Shown here in pieces: positions 28,295 to 38,467 of a stretch of 64,000 bases of DNA (positions are counted from its first letter, which is position 1; each line of letters starts with the position of its first letter). Where the stretch lies: the NCBI GenBank assembly GCA_000092065.1, contig CP000581.1; one strand, written 5' to 3'. This DNA is from Ostreococcus lucimarinus. Lineage: Eukaryota. Below the pieces are notes generated by a model that did not search any database, was not told the origin of the DNA, and saw only the letters and a program-made list of their open reading frames with translations. A program made the position numbers and the translations under genes.

Positions 28295-28413
28295 GCGTCG
28301 CGAGTTGAGAGTCATTCGCTCGCGCGAGTTTCGGTCGCGCGTCGCGTGTAATGCATTGAAGAAAATTGTATAACATCGTCTCTCGCTCCCTCGCCACGAG
28401 TTTATTATTAATG

Positions 28414-29562
28414 TTAATCGGAAACCTTTTGGTTTTCTTTCCACACGACGTAGAGCGTGCTCGGGACGATTATTAACGCGCCGAGCAAAGTGCTCGAGGC
28501 CGGGACTTCGCCGAACAGTAAGAAACCGACCGTGGCGGAGAGGATGAGTTCGGTGTATCTAAACGGCGCGAGCGCGCTCGCGTCCACCATGCTGAAGGAT
28601 TTCAGCAGGCAGTACAGCAACCCATTCGCCCCGGCGCCGAGAACCGCCATGAGTCCGTACTGCAACGTCGTTGGCGGTACCCAGGACGTGAGCGCGGGGT
28701 AGGCGACGATGAGCGTCGTGAACAAGGCGGTGTAGAAAATCATCGCCCAAAAGCTTTCTTTGCCGACGAAGACTTTGTTCAACACGTCCAACGACGCGAA
28801 CATGGTGGCGCTGAGCAAGACGACGAGCCACATCGGGTTGAACACGGCTCCTCCCGGTTGCATTACGACCATGACGCCCGCGAAACCGACCAAAGTGCCG
28901 ATCCATCTCGTGGCGTCCACCTTTTCCTTTAAAAACACGCGCGCGAGCACGAGCGTGAACAACGGAATGGTAAAATTCAGTGTCGTCACCACCGCGATGG
29001 GGGCGATGGTCAAACCTTTAACGTATAAAAATATACCACCCGCCAACAGTGCCGAACGCGCGATGTGCAGCGGCACTCGATCGGTCGCGAACGATTCCTT
29101 CCCTCCCGCCGCCATCACCGGCACCATCGTCAACGTCGCGAACAAAAATCGCAGAAACACCACCTGCGCCACGCCGAGATTCGCACCGGTAAACTTCATG
29201 ATCACGTCGTTCCCGACTCCGATCAACTGATGGGCGAAGAACCACGCGATGCCGACGAGGAACGCGCTCGGCGCGTTCGCGTTCGCTTCGTCGCTCGCCG
29301 CCGCCGTCGCGTTCGTCGCGCTCGCGCGCACCGCGCGCCGCATCCTCCCTCCCTCGCGCGTCACCACCACCGACGCGCGTCGCATCTCGTCGTCGTCGCG
29401 CGCGAGGGCGCTCGGACGCGCTCGCACGCCGCCCGCGCTCGGAACGCGCGCGCGCGCGCTTTGCTGACTCAACCTCTCGCGCGCGCTTTTCGCGGTCGCC
29501 ACCGACGGCGCCCTCGCGCGCGCGCCCGCGCGCGTCGCGCCGAGCGCGCCGCTCGTCATCAT
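28414..29562 (-). CDS. EamA/DMT-superfamily membrane transporter with about 100-aa transit-peptide-like N-terminal extension
   Basis: About 10 predicted TM helices; duplicated EamA-like halves (FLYVKGLTIAPIAVVTTLNFTIPLFTLVLARVFLKEKV..., LLGALIIVPSTLYVVW). Ala/Arg/Ser-rich presequence. Real ATG ATG at 29562. Confidence 0.75.
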   Translation of the reverse strand: MMTSGALGATRAGARARAPSVATAKSARERLSQQSARARVPSAGGVRARPSALARDDDEMRRASVVVTREGGRMRRAVRASATNATAAASDEANANAPSAFLVGIAWFFAHQLIGVGNDVIMKFTGANLGVAQVVFLRFLFATLTMVPVMAAGGKESFATDRVPLHIARSALLAGGIFLYVKGLTIAPIAVVTTLNFTIPLFTLVLARVFLKEKVDATRWIGTLVGFAGVMVVMQPGGAVFNPMWLVVLLSATMFASLDVLNKVFVGKESFWAMIFYTALFTTLIVAYPALTSWVPPTTLQYGLMAVLGAGANGLLYCLLKSFSMVDASALAPFRYTELILSATVGFLLFGEVPASSTLLGALIIVPSTLYVVWKENQKVSD

Positions 29563-29678
29563 TCGTCGTCCGAGCGCGCGCGCGCGCCTTTGCGCTCGAA
29601 GGACGTCGCGCGTCGACGCGCGCGCGCGTCGAGGTTTGTCCCACTCACCGACGCGCGCGCGACGCTCGATCGAGCGCG

Positions 29679-30422
29679 ATGCTCGCCGCGCGCGGGAACG
29701 CGCGCGGCGTCCGCGTCGTCGACGCGCGCTCGAGCCGCTCGCGCTCGAGCCGCTCGCGCGCGGCGAGGCGCGCGGTCGTCGCGGTCGATCCGTCGCGCTT
29801 GGACGGTGTCCCGAACGCGCGCGGAATCGTCCCGGGAATGGGCAGCGGCGCGCGCGAGTGGCGACGCATACACGCCGAACTGCGCGAAAAGTATAAGATG
29901 AAGACGGTGTCGGCGAAGGAGTGCGTGCAGATGATGGCGCGACAGAGGGCGGTGTTGCTGGACGTGCGGTTCCAGCCGGATTACGAGCAGTGGTCGGTGC
30001 CGGGAAGCGTCAGCGTGCCGTACGTCTCGGGAGGGATCCTGGCGAAGATGCGCCTGCCGGGATTTAAAAAGGTGAACGCGAATTTCGTGGAGGACGTCGA
30101 ACGCGCGCTGCCCGATAAGACGACGAAGATTATTCTGTGCGATATTTGGGGCGGGTCGCTGGAGACGCAACCGCCGGAGAATAAATCCTTCACCGATCCC
30201 ACCAAAGGCGCGGGGTCGCTTCCGGGGGCGTTCGAGCTGTATCAGGCCGGGTATAATAATCTGTACCACCTGCGCGGTGGGGTGAACCAGTACTACGAGG
30301 ATTGCGAAAAGGACAAGAGTTTGCCAGAGCCCGATCCCAAGACGTGGCCGGGAAATCTCGAGTGGTTCGGCTATAGGCAATTCAACGGCAAGGATCGCGC
30401 GCGCGGTCAGCGCGACGACTGA
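29679..30422 (+). CDS. rhodanese-like domain protein with transit-peptide-like N-terminus (plastid rhodanese/CaS-like)
   Basis: AVLLDVRFQPDYEQWSVPGSVSVPY...KIILCDIWGG is a rhodanese/Cdc25-type fold signature. Arg/Ser-rich presequence. Real ATG. Confidence 0.7.
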   Translation: MLAARGNARGVRVVDARSSRSRSSRSRAARRAVVAVDPSRLDGVPNARGIVPGMGSGAREWRRIHAELREKYKMKTVSAKECVQMMARQRAVLLDVRFQPDYEQWSVPGSVSVPYVSGGILAKMRLPGFKKVNANFVEDVERALPDKTTKIILCDIWGGSLETQPPENKSFTDPTKGAGSLPGAFELYQAGYNNLYHLRGGVNQYYEDCEKDKSLPEPDPKTWPGNLEWFGYRQFNGKDRARGQRDD

Positions 30423-30588
30423 TGGTCGTCGTCGATATTAATCGCCATTCTTCGTCATCGTTGTAACGCACGCACGCGCGCGCGCGCGTCAACCGCGAAA
30501 TCATCGTCCGAGTCGGTCAACCGCCCGCGCGAGCCAAGCCGGCGCGCGACCGACCGTCGTCACAATCGCGCTCCCCGACGCACGCGCG

Positions 30589-30984
30589 ATGACGGCGACG
30601 AAGGAAAAGGCCATCATCAAGGCGGCGGACATGCCGGACGTGCGTGTCGGCGATCGCGACGCGCGCCGACGCGCCGACGCGCCGACGCGCCGACGCGACA
30701 AAGTCAACGAGAACGATGACGACGACGAACGCGACGACTGACGACGCGAACGCGCGCAGGACATCCAAGACGACGCGGTGACGGTGTCCATGGAGGCGAT
30801 GGAAAAGTTCAACGTCGAGAAGGACATCGCGGCGCACGTGAAGAAGGAATTCGATAGAAAGCACGGCCCGACGTGGCACTGCGTCGTGGGGAGAAATTTT
30901 GGAAGTTACGTCACGCACGAGAGCGGACACTTCATCTATTACTACATAGCCAACGTCGCGTTTTTGTTGTTTAAAGCGGGCTAG
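30589..30984 (+). CDS. DYNLL: dynein light chain LC8 (DYNLL). Two exons: join(30589..30639,30760..30984)
   Basis: Exon 2 ([74 protein letters not shown]) is near-identical to LC8. Its frame has an upstream stop and no ATG. Exon 1 (ATG 30589, [17 protein letters not shown], donor GTGCGT at 30640) reproduces the LC8 N-terminus MCDRKAVIKNADMSEE. Confidence 0.85.
30640..30759 (+). other. inferred intron of LC8 (120 nt, GTGCGT...CAG) containing a (GCGCCGAC)4 octamer repeat
   Basis: Unspliced read-through hits TGA. Splicing gives a full-length LC8. Confidence 0.75.
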
Positions 30985-31127
30985 CGATGCGGTGCGAGGT
31001 ACGGTGAGCGATGCCGCGCGATGCGCGCGTGAGGAGGGTGCGAGACGAGGACGAAGACTAGAAGGACGAAACGATGGGACGCGACGTTGTGACAAAATGA
31101 TTACCAAACTTTAGATGAACCGTATAA

Positions 31128-32469
31128 TTACAGGACGAATTTGCGGCGACAATGTCTCGTGCCGTCGGTGTCGGTGCTTCGAACGTACTCGTACTCGCCG
31201 TGCTTGCTGTCGAAGGTGCCCTTTTGTACGGACATCAGTCGAAGCGTGAATCGCGGTCCGAGCTCTTGCAATCGGGCCTGAATCATCGTGTTTACGGGCG
31301 GTGGCTTCTCCGCATCTTCATCCTCGTCGCTATCTTCATCAGCACTATCTTCATCGTCTTCTTCTTCGCTATTATCGTCGTCATCCATCTCTATGCTCTT
31401 TCTCTTTTTGGATGAGCGCTTCCCTCTACCCTCCTTCATAGAATCGCGCACGTGATCGGGAACCTCCGCGGTCGCTAAGTGTCCCGCGTGCGGTAACCGA
31501 CGACCCTTCTTTTCTTCAAACACGTAGCGATGATGTCTGAAGAATATGAAATCGCGTTGATTGTGAAACGTCACCACGCGTCGGCCTTTGAATTCGGGCT
31601 TTTGCGGAAACACCGACGCAAACATTCTCGACACTCGGTGCCCTAATCGCGTGCTAAAGTTGTTTAAAATCAACTCCGGGTAATGACTCGTTGCCCTCCC
31701 GTGACCTTTGATCTCCTTCGACAACTTGAGAGAAGAGAGCTTGTACAAGCACGTTGGTCCTTCGGGAAGGTGGACGTGCAACATCCCGTTTACTCTCGCG
31801 CCTTTGCTAAATTTTTTATTCTCGTTAAACACCAACACATCCGTGAACCCTCTCGCCGTGCCATGCTTCACGATCTCTTTGACCTGATAATTCCTTCGCG
31901 CGTAGTAATACGCGTTCGGGATCACCGTGAACAAATTCTCCAAAAACTTGAACATGTCCCCGCTCGGCTTTCGGCTCGTCGTTATGATAATTTTCGGCGA
32001 CGTCGCCTGACTGAAATACGACGCAAACTCATCCTCTGCGTCCTGTTCGACCACGTCCACGTCGTTTAAATCATCAATATGCGTCGCATCGCGCACTCTT
32101 TGATTCTCTATCGTCTTCGGGATCTGTCTCGGCGCCGGTTCTTCGCCCGCCTCGAGCGCGGCGGCTTCGGCTTTCTGTCGCGTCTCCCTGCGTTGCTTCT
32201 TCGCCACCGCGCGTTCGTGTCGAAGTTTGCCGTACACCTCGCTTCTTCGCTGTTTATTCTTTATTCCAGACGTCAGCGATCCGACCGTCTCCGCGCCGTC
32301 ATCGTCCCTGCGCGTCGCGTCGCGTCGTCGTCGTCGTCAGTCGTCGCGTCGTGGCGGCGGCGGCGCATTCAACGCGCGCGCATCGCGCGTCGAGGACAGT
32401 GCGCGGGCGCGCGCGAACGCACCCGGTGAAACGTTTAGTCTTCTTCTTCACCGCGGCGACGCGACCCAT
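31128..32469 (-). CDS. RPF1: ribosome production factor 1 (RPF1, Brix domain). Two exons: complement(join(31128..32307,32423..32469))
   Basis: Brix domain and C-terminus match RPF1 (ITTSRKP...RLGHRVSRMFASVFPQKPEFKGRRVVTFHNQRDFIFFRHHRYVFEE...LGPRFTLRLMSVQKGTFDSKHGEYEYV). The track ORF starts on a GTG with the conserved IKNKQRR in frame upstream and no ATG. Exon 1 (ATG 32469, MGRVAAVKKKTKRFTG, donor GTGCGT) joins at phase 2 to the CAG acceptor before GDDDGAETVGSLTSGIKNKQRRSEVYGKLR. Confidence 0.8.
32308..32422 (-). other. inferred intron of RPF1 (115 nt, GTGCGT...CAG)
   Basis: See the RPF1 entry. Confidence 0.65.
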
Positions 32470-32614
32470 GGCGAGGCGCGCGAGCGAGACGCGGCGCAGT
32501 GAAGCGCGAGCGAGACGCGGCGCAGTGAAGCGCGAGCGCGTCGAGGCGTGGTTTCTCGAGGTTGCAATCAGTCGCAAAGGCGGCGGCGTCGCGCTAAAGG
32601 CTAGTAAACTAAGA

Positions 32615-34123
32615 CTAAATGAGCGCATCGACGCCGTTTCCAAGCTCGTCGTCCGCGGCGACGTCGACGAGGAGGCGAGAGGCGAGATCGTCGTCGTCGT
32701 CGAACGCCGAAGCGCCTCGAATGTGCTTCGAGCGCGCGATTTCCGTCGGCCAATCGATGCAGAGCGCGACGCGAGTCATGATGCCAGCGTGCGTGGCGGT
32801 ACCGACGACACCTCCGATGGCCAAACCCATGGCACCGTAGCCCTTGTACGCGAGCCAAGCGCTCAGGGGCAAGCCGACGACGTAATACGCGAAGAGCACG
32901 ATGGGAGTGGCAAACGCTTGACGTCCGGCGCCTCGCAGAACGCTCGTGCTGACGCAACACACGGCGTCGAAAAAGACGTAGAAAGCGAGTGGAACCATCA
33001 GTTTCGATACGAGCGCGCGAACGTCATGGTCAGACGTGAACGCGGCGCCCCATCGCTCGCGCGAGAGATACACCGTCGCGGAAACCGCGACTTCGACGAC
33101 GACGATCAAGCGCAACGCCACGGATGCGGCGAGCTTTGCGCGCGACGCATCTTTCGCGCCAACCTCGTTCGAAACTCGCGTCGCCGTCGCGGCGCCGAAA
33201 CCAACGGCCACCATGAACGCGAACGCGTTCGTCGCCTGGTAAATCGACATCGCCGAAATCGCGACGCTCGGATTTCGCAATTTCCCCGCCGCGAGCACGA
33301 TGAACTCGCTCGCCCACCACTCGCTCATTAACAAAACTCCGGGCACGCCCAGCTTCAGAAACAACACCAACCCCTCGCGGTCGAACATCGTCCTAAAGCA
33401 CACCCTCGACGCGCACGCGTCTCTGCGCTCCGCCAAAGCCTCGTCGCGTTCGCGAAACCATCCGTTCCGATTTCTTCTCAACCGCGCGTACGTCGCGTTC
33501 GCCGCGAACACCAAACTCGTGCTCACGCTCGTCGCGTACGCCGGCCCGACCGCACCGAACCCCATCCTTCGAAAGCACAGGCACGCCGGCGCGTGTAACG
33601 CCGTCGCCGCGACGCCCGCGCACGCGATGGGCCGCGTCGACCCCTGCGCCTGCAACCACGCCTGCGCGCACGCGTTCGCCGCGTACGCGAACAACCCCGG
33701 GCGCAATCCGCGCAAGTACGCCGCGCAGCTCCTCGCGATCGCCGCGTCGAAATGCCACGCCGACAGCCCCCCCTCGACGAACCGCCAGCCGATCGCCGTC
33801 GCCGTCGCCGTCGCCGCGCAGCACGCGAGCGCGCGCTGCGCCCACGCCCACGCCTCGCCGCCGCGCCCCTGACCGTACGCCTGCCCCCCCAGCGTCACCA
33901 GCGCGCTCACCAGCCCCACGACGACGGCGTTTCCCGTGACGTTCGCGATCGTGCTCGCGAGCGCCGCCCCCGCGAGCTCCGCCGTCGTCGCCGCGTCCGC
34001 GCCGACGAAGCCGAGCGAGATCAAGTCCCGCGCGCGGTTGCACAGCGACGCCAGCGTCACGGGCACCGCCAGCGCGACGTGCGCGCGCGCCTCCGCCGCG
34101 GCGCCGTCGACGTCGACGCCCAT
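32615..34123 (-). CDS. MATE-family efflux transporter (multidrug and toxic compound extrusion, DTX-like)
   Basis: 12-TM protein with MATE-typical segments (...AVCCVSTSVLRGAGRQ..., GLPLSAWLAYKGYGAMGLAIGGVVGTATHAGIM). First real ATG at 34123; the track start at 34150 is a TTG. Confidence 0.8.
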   Translation of the reverse strand: MGVDVDGAAAEARAHVALAVPVTLASLCNRARDLISLGFVGADAATTAELAGAALASTIANVTGNAVVVGLVSALVTLGGQAYGQGRGGEAWAWAQRALACCAATATATAIGWRFVEGGLSAWHFDAAIARSCAAYLRGLRPGLFAYAANACAQAWLQAQGSTRPIACAGVAATALHAPACLCFRRMGFGAVGPAYATSVSTSLVFAANATYARLRRNRNGWFRERDEALAERRDACASRVCFRTMFDREGLVLFLKLGVPGVLLMSEWWASEFIVLAAGKLRNPSVAISAMSIYQATNAFAFMVAVGFGAATATRVSNEVGAKDASRAKLAASVALRLIVVVEVAVSATVYLSRERWGAAFTSDHDVRALVSKLMVPLAFYVFFDAVCCVSTSVLRGAGRQAFATPIVLFAYYVVGLPLSAWLAYKGYGAMGLAIGGVVGTATHAGIMTRVALCIDWPTEIARSKHIRGASAFDDDDDLASRLLVDVAADDELGNGVDALI

Positions 34124-34336
34124 CGTCACCGCGCGCGCGCGTGTGCGCAAACAGTGACGCGATGTTTACGGACGGCGACTCGCAAACACCCGGGTGTGAG
34201 GGGGGGGGACGAAACGAGACGTCGAACGCATCGACGACGCGCAATCGTCGACGCGCGCGACCGAACGAACGCGCGAACGCGCGAACGCGCGCGCGCGAAG
34301 ACGGACGGACGCGAACGCGGGGCGTCGACGCGCGCG

Positions 34337-36124
34337 ATGCATCTCAGGGCGCTCGCGATCGACGCGCTCGGACTCGTCGCGCCGCGATCGGTGGCGATTC
34401 AGGATTGGCGATTGCTGATTTCGTTGCAGGCGCTGCGGGGACTGGTGGCGTTTTACGTGCTGTACTCGCTGATCAACGGGAAGACGTACCTGCAGCAAGA
34501 GGTGCCGCACGGAACGATATCGAACATCGGGACGTCGACGGAGTATTTCGATGGACTCGTGGATAAGCACGCGTTTCACGCGCCGGGCGACGGCGCGACG
34601 ACGACGGTGACGGCGTCGAACGGGGTCTCGCGAACGTTTGATTTGATGCCGTGCAGCGATGCGACGGCGATCGACGCGGCGTACAAGTTTAATCGGTCGT
34701 TTGGGTTCGAGTTCGATCACTTGATGTGCGCGTTTCTCGACTCGGACGAACTCGTGAGGGAGTTCCCGAGCGGCGGGATTTTCGTCACGACGCACGTGTA
34801 CTACAAACTCGTCTACCGAAATTACCTCTCCGGCGGTTCGGCCGCGACGTGCGCGGCGGATACCTCGGGTCTCACGGTCGGGAGTAACCCGATCTTCACG
34901 AACGAAGGCGTACCTCTTACGGTCCCTTTGCGGAAAAAGCTCGGCGACGTCTGTTACTACTCCAAGGAGTTTTCGTACCTACCGGTCGCGCCCGAGGCCA
35001 TAGAAATCAGGATTGATCACACGTACGACACCGCTTCGGGCGTAAAAGCCGGCACGAATCCTCCGGTTTACGTTCGACGCGCTGGAAGCGACGTGGACAT
35101 CAAGACATTCGCCGCCGGCGAGTCTGTCCGTCTCACCGTGGAAGAGATTCTCGAAGCCGTCGGCGTCGATTTGGACAAGCGTTACGCCGAAATCGATTCC
35201 GTGAATGAGTTGTTCGGCCAAGGAGTCGATGCTGCGAACACTCCAAAAATCAGGACGGGCGGTATGCGCGTCATCGCCAAGATGCTCTACTACAACTACA
35301 ACCTCGACGGCAAAAGAAGCGCGACGGGCTCTCACGAACCGTACGCCGTGCTCGAGTTGACTCCTCGCCTGGCGTGGACAACTTTGGGCCAAGACGTCAC
35401 TCATCGCGTTCCCAGCGAAGGTGAGCTCGCAGAACCCGTGAGTTTCGGCAGCGGGAACTCGGGACGACCGAAAGATAATTACTATTCCGACTGGGAACGT
35501 TACGGTATTTACGTGGAAGTTTCCTCCGCCGGCATCATCGCCACCTTCAACTTGGTGTACTTTGTGAATGTGCTCGTTTCGGGTCTCGTGCTCTTCGGCG
35601 TGTCCCAGATCCTGTGCATCCTCATGGCGACAACGTGCTTTGGCGCGAGATCGAAGATGTATTCTCGCATGCTGTACGAGCGCACGCACTTTGAACGCAA
35701 CATCGCAGCCTACGGCGTTCAAGCAATCATCGCCGCTCAAATATTCAAGAACAGCGGCAAAACCGACGCGCTCACGGTCGATGATCTCACCGACCTACTC
35801 GAGTCGGCGTTCTCCCAATCGAAGGATGCGGAGAAGGGTGCAAACGTCGTCGTCGATGCGAAGCGTGCGTTTTCGCGCGACGAGTTGAAGCAAATGGCGT
35901 ACTACATCATTCGCTCCGGCAACTTTGAAGCGGTCGAGAAATACACAGAAAAACGCCTTCACCTCGGCGTCGACGAAGTCCACGACAAGACGATCAACAT
36001 GAACGAGTTCATCGATCTCGCCACCAGCGGCGCGATCGACGTCCCGCTCGTCAAGTCTATAATCCACTCCAACGGAGTTGGCCAAATCGAGGACTCGACG
36101 CCGTCGCCAGCCGCGGCGGCGTGA
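34337..36124 (+). CDS. two-TM membrane protein with large extracytoplasmic domain, possible P2X-like trimeric channel fold (low confidence)
   Basis: TM1 about residues 25-50, followed by NGKTYLQ (compare P2X YEKGYQ). About 440-aa ectodomain. TM2 YGIYVEVSSAGIIATFNLVYFVNVLVSGLVLFGVSQILCILMAT resembles P2X pre-TM2/TM2 (YGIRFDI..GKAGKFDIIPT.INIGSGLALLG.ATVLCD). It lacks the canonical ATP-binding KxKG/NFR motifs and the 10-Cys pattern. The track ORF from 33752 is antisense to MATE upstream of the ATG at 34337. Confidence 0.55.
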   Translation: MHLRALAIDALGLVAPRSVAIQDWRLLISLQALRGLVAFYVLYSLINGKTYLQQEVPHGTISNIGTSTEYFDGLVDKHAFHAPGDGATTTVTASNGVSRTFDLMPCSDATAIDAAYKFNRSFGFEFDHLMCAFLDSDELVREFPSGGIFVTTHVYYKLVYRNYLSGGSAATCAADTSGLTVGSNPIFTNEGVPLTVPLRKKLGDVCYYSKEFSYLPVAPEAIEIRIDHTYDTASGVKAGTNPPVYVRRAGSDVDIKTFAAGESVRLTVEEILEAVGVDLDKRYAEIDSVNELFGQGVDAANTPKIRTGGMRVIAKMLYYNYNLDGKRSATGSHEPYAVLELTPRLAWTTLGQDVTHRVPSEGELAEPVSFGSGNSGRPKDNYYSDWERYGIYVEVSSAGIIATFNLVYFVNVLVSGLVLFGVSQILCILMATTCFGARSKMYSRMLYERTHFERNIAAYGVQAIIAAQIFKNSGKTDALTVDDLTDLLESAFSQSKDAEKGANVVVDAKRAFSRDELKQMAYYIIRSGNFEAVEKYTEKRLHLGVDEVHDKTINMNEFIDLATSGAIDVPLVKSIIHSNGVGQIEDSTPSPAAAA

Positions 36125-36185
36125 CCGCCCTCGGCGGCTTGAGAGACAAGGCATCGTCTCTCGTGTACATCATCAGCAGTCGCGC

Positions 36186-36240
36186 AAGACTCAAGCAAGA
36201 CTCAAGCAAGACTCAAGCACGACTCAAGCAAGACTCAAGT
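36186..36240. repeat. 11-bp tandem repeat (GACTCAAGCAA)x5, intergenic/UTR
   Basis: Direct reading: caagactcaagcaagactcaagcaagactcaagcacgactcaagcaagactcaag. Confidence 0.85.
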
Positions 36241-36337
36241 ATGCGACGCAACGCTCGCGCAGCGAACACTTGTTCAATAAGCATTTAATTTACTGTATAC
36301 GCAGCACACGTAACGACGGCGCCGCGCCACGCGCCAC

Positions 36338-37468
36338 ATGTTCGCGCGCGCGCGCGCGGCACCGCGCGGCGACGTCGTCGTCGTCGTCGATCGCGCGGTG
36401 CGAACGACGCGACGACCGGCGTCGATTCGCGCGGCGAGCGGCGACGCGAACGCGATGGCCCCGTCGACGATTTTAGTCAACGACGCGAATGGACTGAGAA
36501 TCCCGCGCGTCGGGCTGGGAACGTGGAAAGCGCGCCCGAACGAGGTGCGCGATGCGGTGCGCGATGCGCTCGGGGCGGGGTACGCGCACGTCGATTGCGC
36601 GGCGGCGTACGCGAACGAGAGCGAAGTCGGCGAGGCGCTGCGAGAGGCGTTCGAGCGCGGCGACGCGAAGAGAGAAGACGTCTTCGTGACGAGCAAACTG
36701 TGGAACGATCGACGACGGCCGAGGGACGTTCGAGAGGCGTTGATGACGACGCTGAACGATTTAGGGGTGGGATATTTGGATTTGTACCTGATTCATTGGC
36801 CGGTGGCGTGGAAACGAGGCACCGTGCTGCAGCCAGACGCGGAGGCGTCCATCGCGGAGTGCTGGAGCGAGCTCGAACGGTGCGTCGCAGACGGGTTGGT
36901 ACGACACATTGGAGTGAGTAATTTTAACGAAGCGCAGCTCGCCGCGTTGTGTGATGATCCCAGGACGAAGATCCAGCCGGCGTGTAACCAAATCGAGTCG
37001 CATCCACTGTGGAGCAACGACTCGTTGGTCAAGTATTCGCAGTCGAAAGGGTTGACTGTGACGGCGTATTCGCCCTTGGCGCAGGGAGGGGAGTTGTTTG
37101 AGAACGAAATTCTCGTTGGATTGGCGAAAAAGTACGGTGTGACCCCGGCGCAGGTGGTGCTGAGGTGGAACGTGCAGCGCGACGTCGTCGTCATTCCCAA
37201 GTCGACTTCGGCGAAGCGCATCGCGAGCAACGCTGATTTGTTCGGCTTCGAACTGAGCGACGAAGACATGGATGCGATGAAGGTATTAGACGTCATGAAG
37301 AGCTGCGCGACGGCGCCATGGAGCGAATTCGCACCCGTTGCGTCTAGAAATAGATTTCTTCGCCCGCTCGGTCGCGCGATCTCATGGTTGCCTTTCAAGT
37401 TTATCGCAATGGACGTGCAACGCATGGGTCGAAGCGGATTCATTTCGTTGAGGGCGCCTTGGAAGTAA
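36338..37468 (+). CDS. aldo-keto reductase (AKR superfamily, aldose-reductase-like) with N- and C-terminal extensions
   Basis: RVGLGTWKARPNEVRDAVRDALGAGYAHVDCAAAYANESEVGEAL...DVFVTSKLWN...LDLYLIHWP...QVVLRWNVQRDVVVIPKS are AKR hallmark segments. Real ATG. Confidence 0.85.
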   Translation: MFARARAAPRGDVVVVVDRAVRTTRRPASIRAASGDANAMAPSTILVNDANGLRIPRVGLGTWKARPNEVRDAVRDALGAGYAHVDCAAAYANESEVGEALREAFERGDAKREDVFVTSKLWNDRRRPRDVREALMTTLNDLGVGYLDLYLIHWPVAWKRGTVLQPDAEASIAECWSELERCVADGLVRHIGVSNFNEAQLAALCDDPRTKIQPACNQIESHPLWSNDSLVKYSQSKGLTVTAYSPLAQGGELFENEILVGLAKKYGVTPAQVVLRWNVQRDVVVIPKSTSAKRIASNADLFGFELSDEDMDAMKVLDVMKSCATAPWSEFAPVASRNRFLRPLGRAISWLPFKFIAMDVQRMGRSGFISLRAPWK

Positions 37469-37579
37469 ACAAGGCCGTGTCTTTAGATGGCGATAGTCGT
37501 TGGCTAGATAAATTTTGTGATTGATACAAAAATGTTCTACTTCCTCCGCCGCCGCCGACGACGACGACGCTCGGTCACT

Positions 37580-38410
37580 TCAAGGCGTCTTGTGCACGAC
37601 GTTTCCAGTAAACGGACACACAAACCCTTGTCCCGGTCGGAGGCTCGTCGGCAACGACGCCGCGGGATTGTTCAACTGCGCGCGCTCCCACGCCTCCACC
37701 CATGATCTATCGTCACCGCCGGATCCTTCGCGACTCGGCGGTCGAGGCGGGAGAAACGCTCTAGGCGTCTGCGCCGCCTCCTCTTCCTCTTCCAGCGCAC
37801 ACCGCGGCGGTGGCGTCATTTCCGACGTCGACAGCGGCGATAACTCGTACGACAACGGCGACAGTCCGTCGCCATCGTCCGGTGAGTCCGGCGCGAGTAT
37901 CTCCCGCCTCGGCGATTTCATCCGCGTCTGCGACCCCGAAATCGTCGCCGCCGTCGACGCCCTCTCCGTCTCCAACGCTCGCACCCGCGCTCGCAGCGTC
38001 TCCATCTCCTCCTCCATCGTCCGCCGCGCCCGTTCGTGCCGCGCCGTCACTTCTCGCAGCAGCGTCTTATATCCCGCGCGCAGCGCCTCGACCGACTTCG
38101 CGTCGTCCAGCGCCGCGTCGACGCCTCGTCCTCGCTCGAACCGCGCCGCCGTCGTCGCCGTCGCGCCGACCGTCGGCACCGCCTTCGCGCGCCACGCGAC
38201 GACGCCTCGCGCGTCGCTCGCCTCGCGCGTCCCGTCGTCGTCGTCGTCGTCGCGCGAATTCGCGTCGTCGCGAAACGTCATCGCCGCGCCGCGCGCGCGC
38301 GTCGCCGCCGCCGCCGCCGCGCCGCCCTCGCGCGCGCCGCCGCGCGTCATCGCGCTCAGCGCCTCGGCGCGCGCGCGCCAGAACGCGCTCGTCGCGCCGT
38401 CGCGCGTCAT
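37580..38410 (-). CDS. hypothetical protein (about 276 aa) with acidic stretch and short coiled coil. Low confidence
   Basis: First real ATG (38410) of minus ORF 37580..39199 that does not overlap the esterase gene. MEEEMETLRARVRALETERA coiled coil. C-terminal GQGFVCPFTGNVVHKTP. No family assignment; could be spurious. Confidence 0.4.
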   Translation of the reverse strand: MTRDGATSAFWRARAEALSAMTRGGAREGGAAAAAATRARGAAMTFRDDANSRDDDDDDGTREASDARGVVAWRAKAVPTVGATATTAARFERGRGVDAALDDAKSVEALRAGYKTLLREVTARHERARRTMEEEMETLRARVRALETERASTAATISGSQTRMKSPRREILAPDSPDDGDGLSPLSYELSPLSTSEMTPPPRCALEEEEEAAQTPRAFLPPRPPSREGSGGDDRSWVEAWERAQLNNPAASLPTSLRPGQGFVCPFTGNVVHKTP

Positions 38411-38467
38411 GCTCTCGCGACAGCTCGCGCGCGATTCGAACGCCCGTCGTCGCCCGCGCCGCACACG

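Noticed and set aside
33752-34336. N-terminal 195 codons of the 790-aa plus ORF (33752..36124)
   Set aside because: This stretch is antisense to the MATE transporter and Arg-rich. The credible gene starts at ATG 34337.
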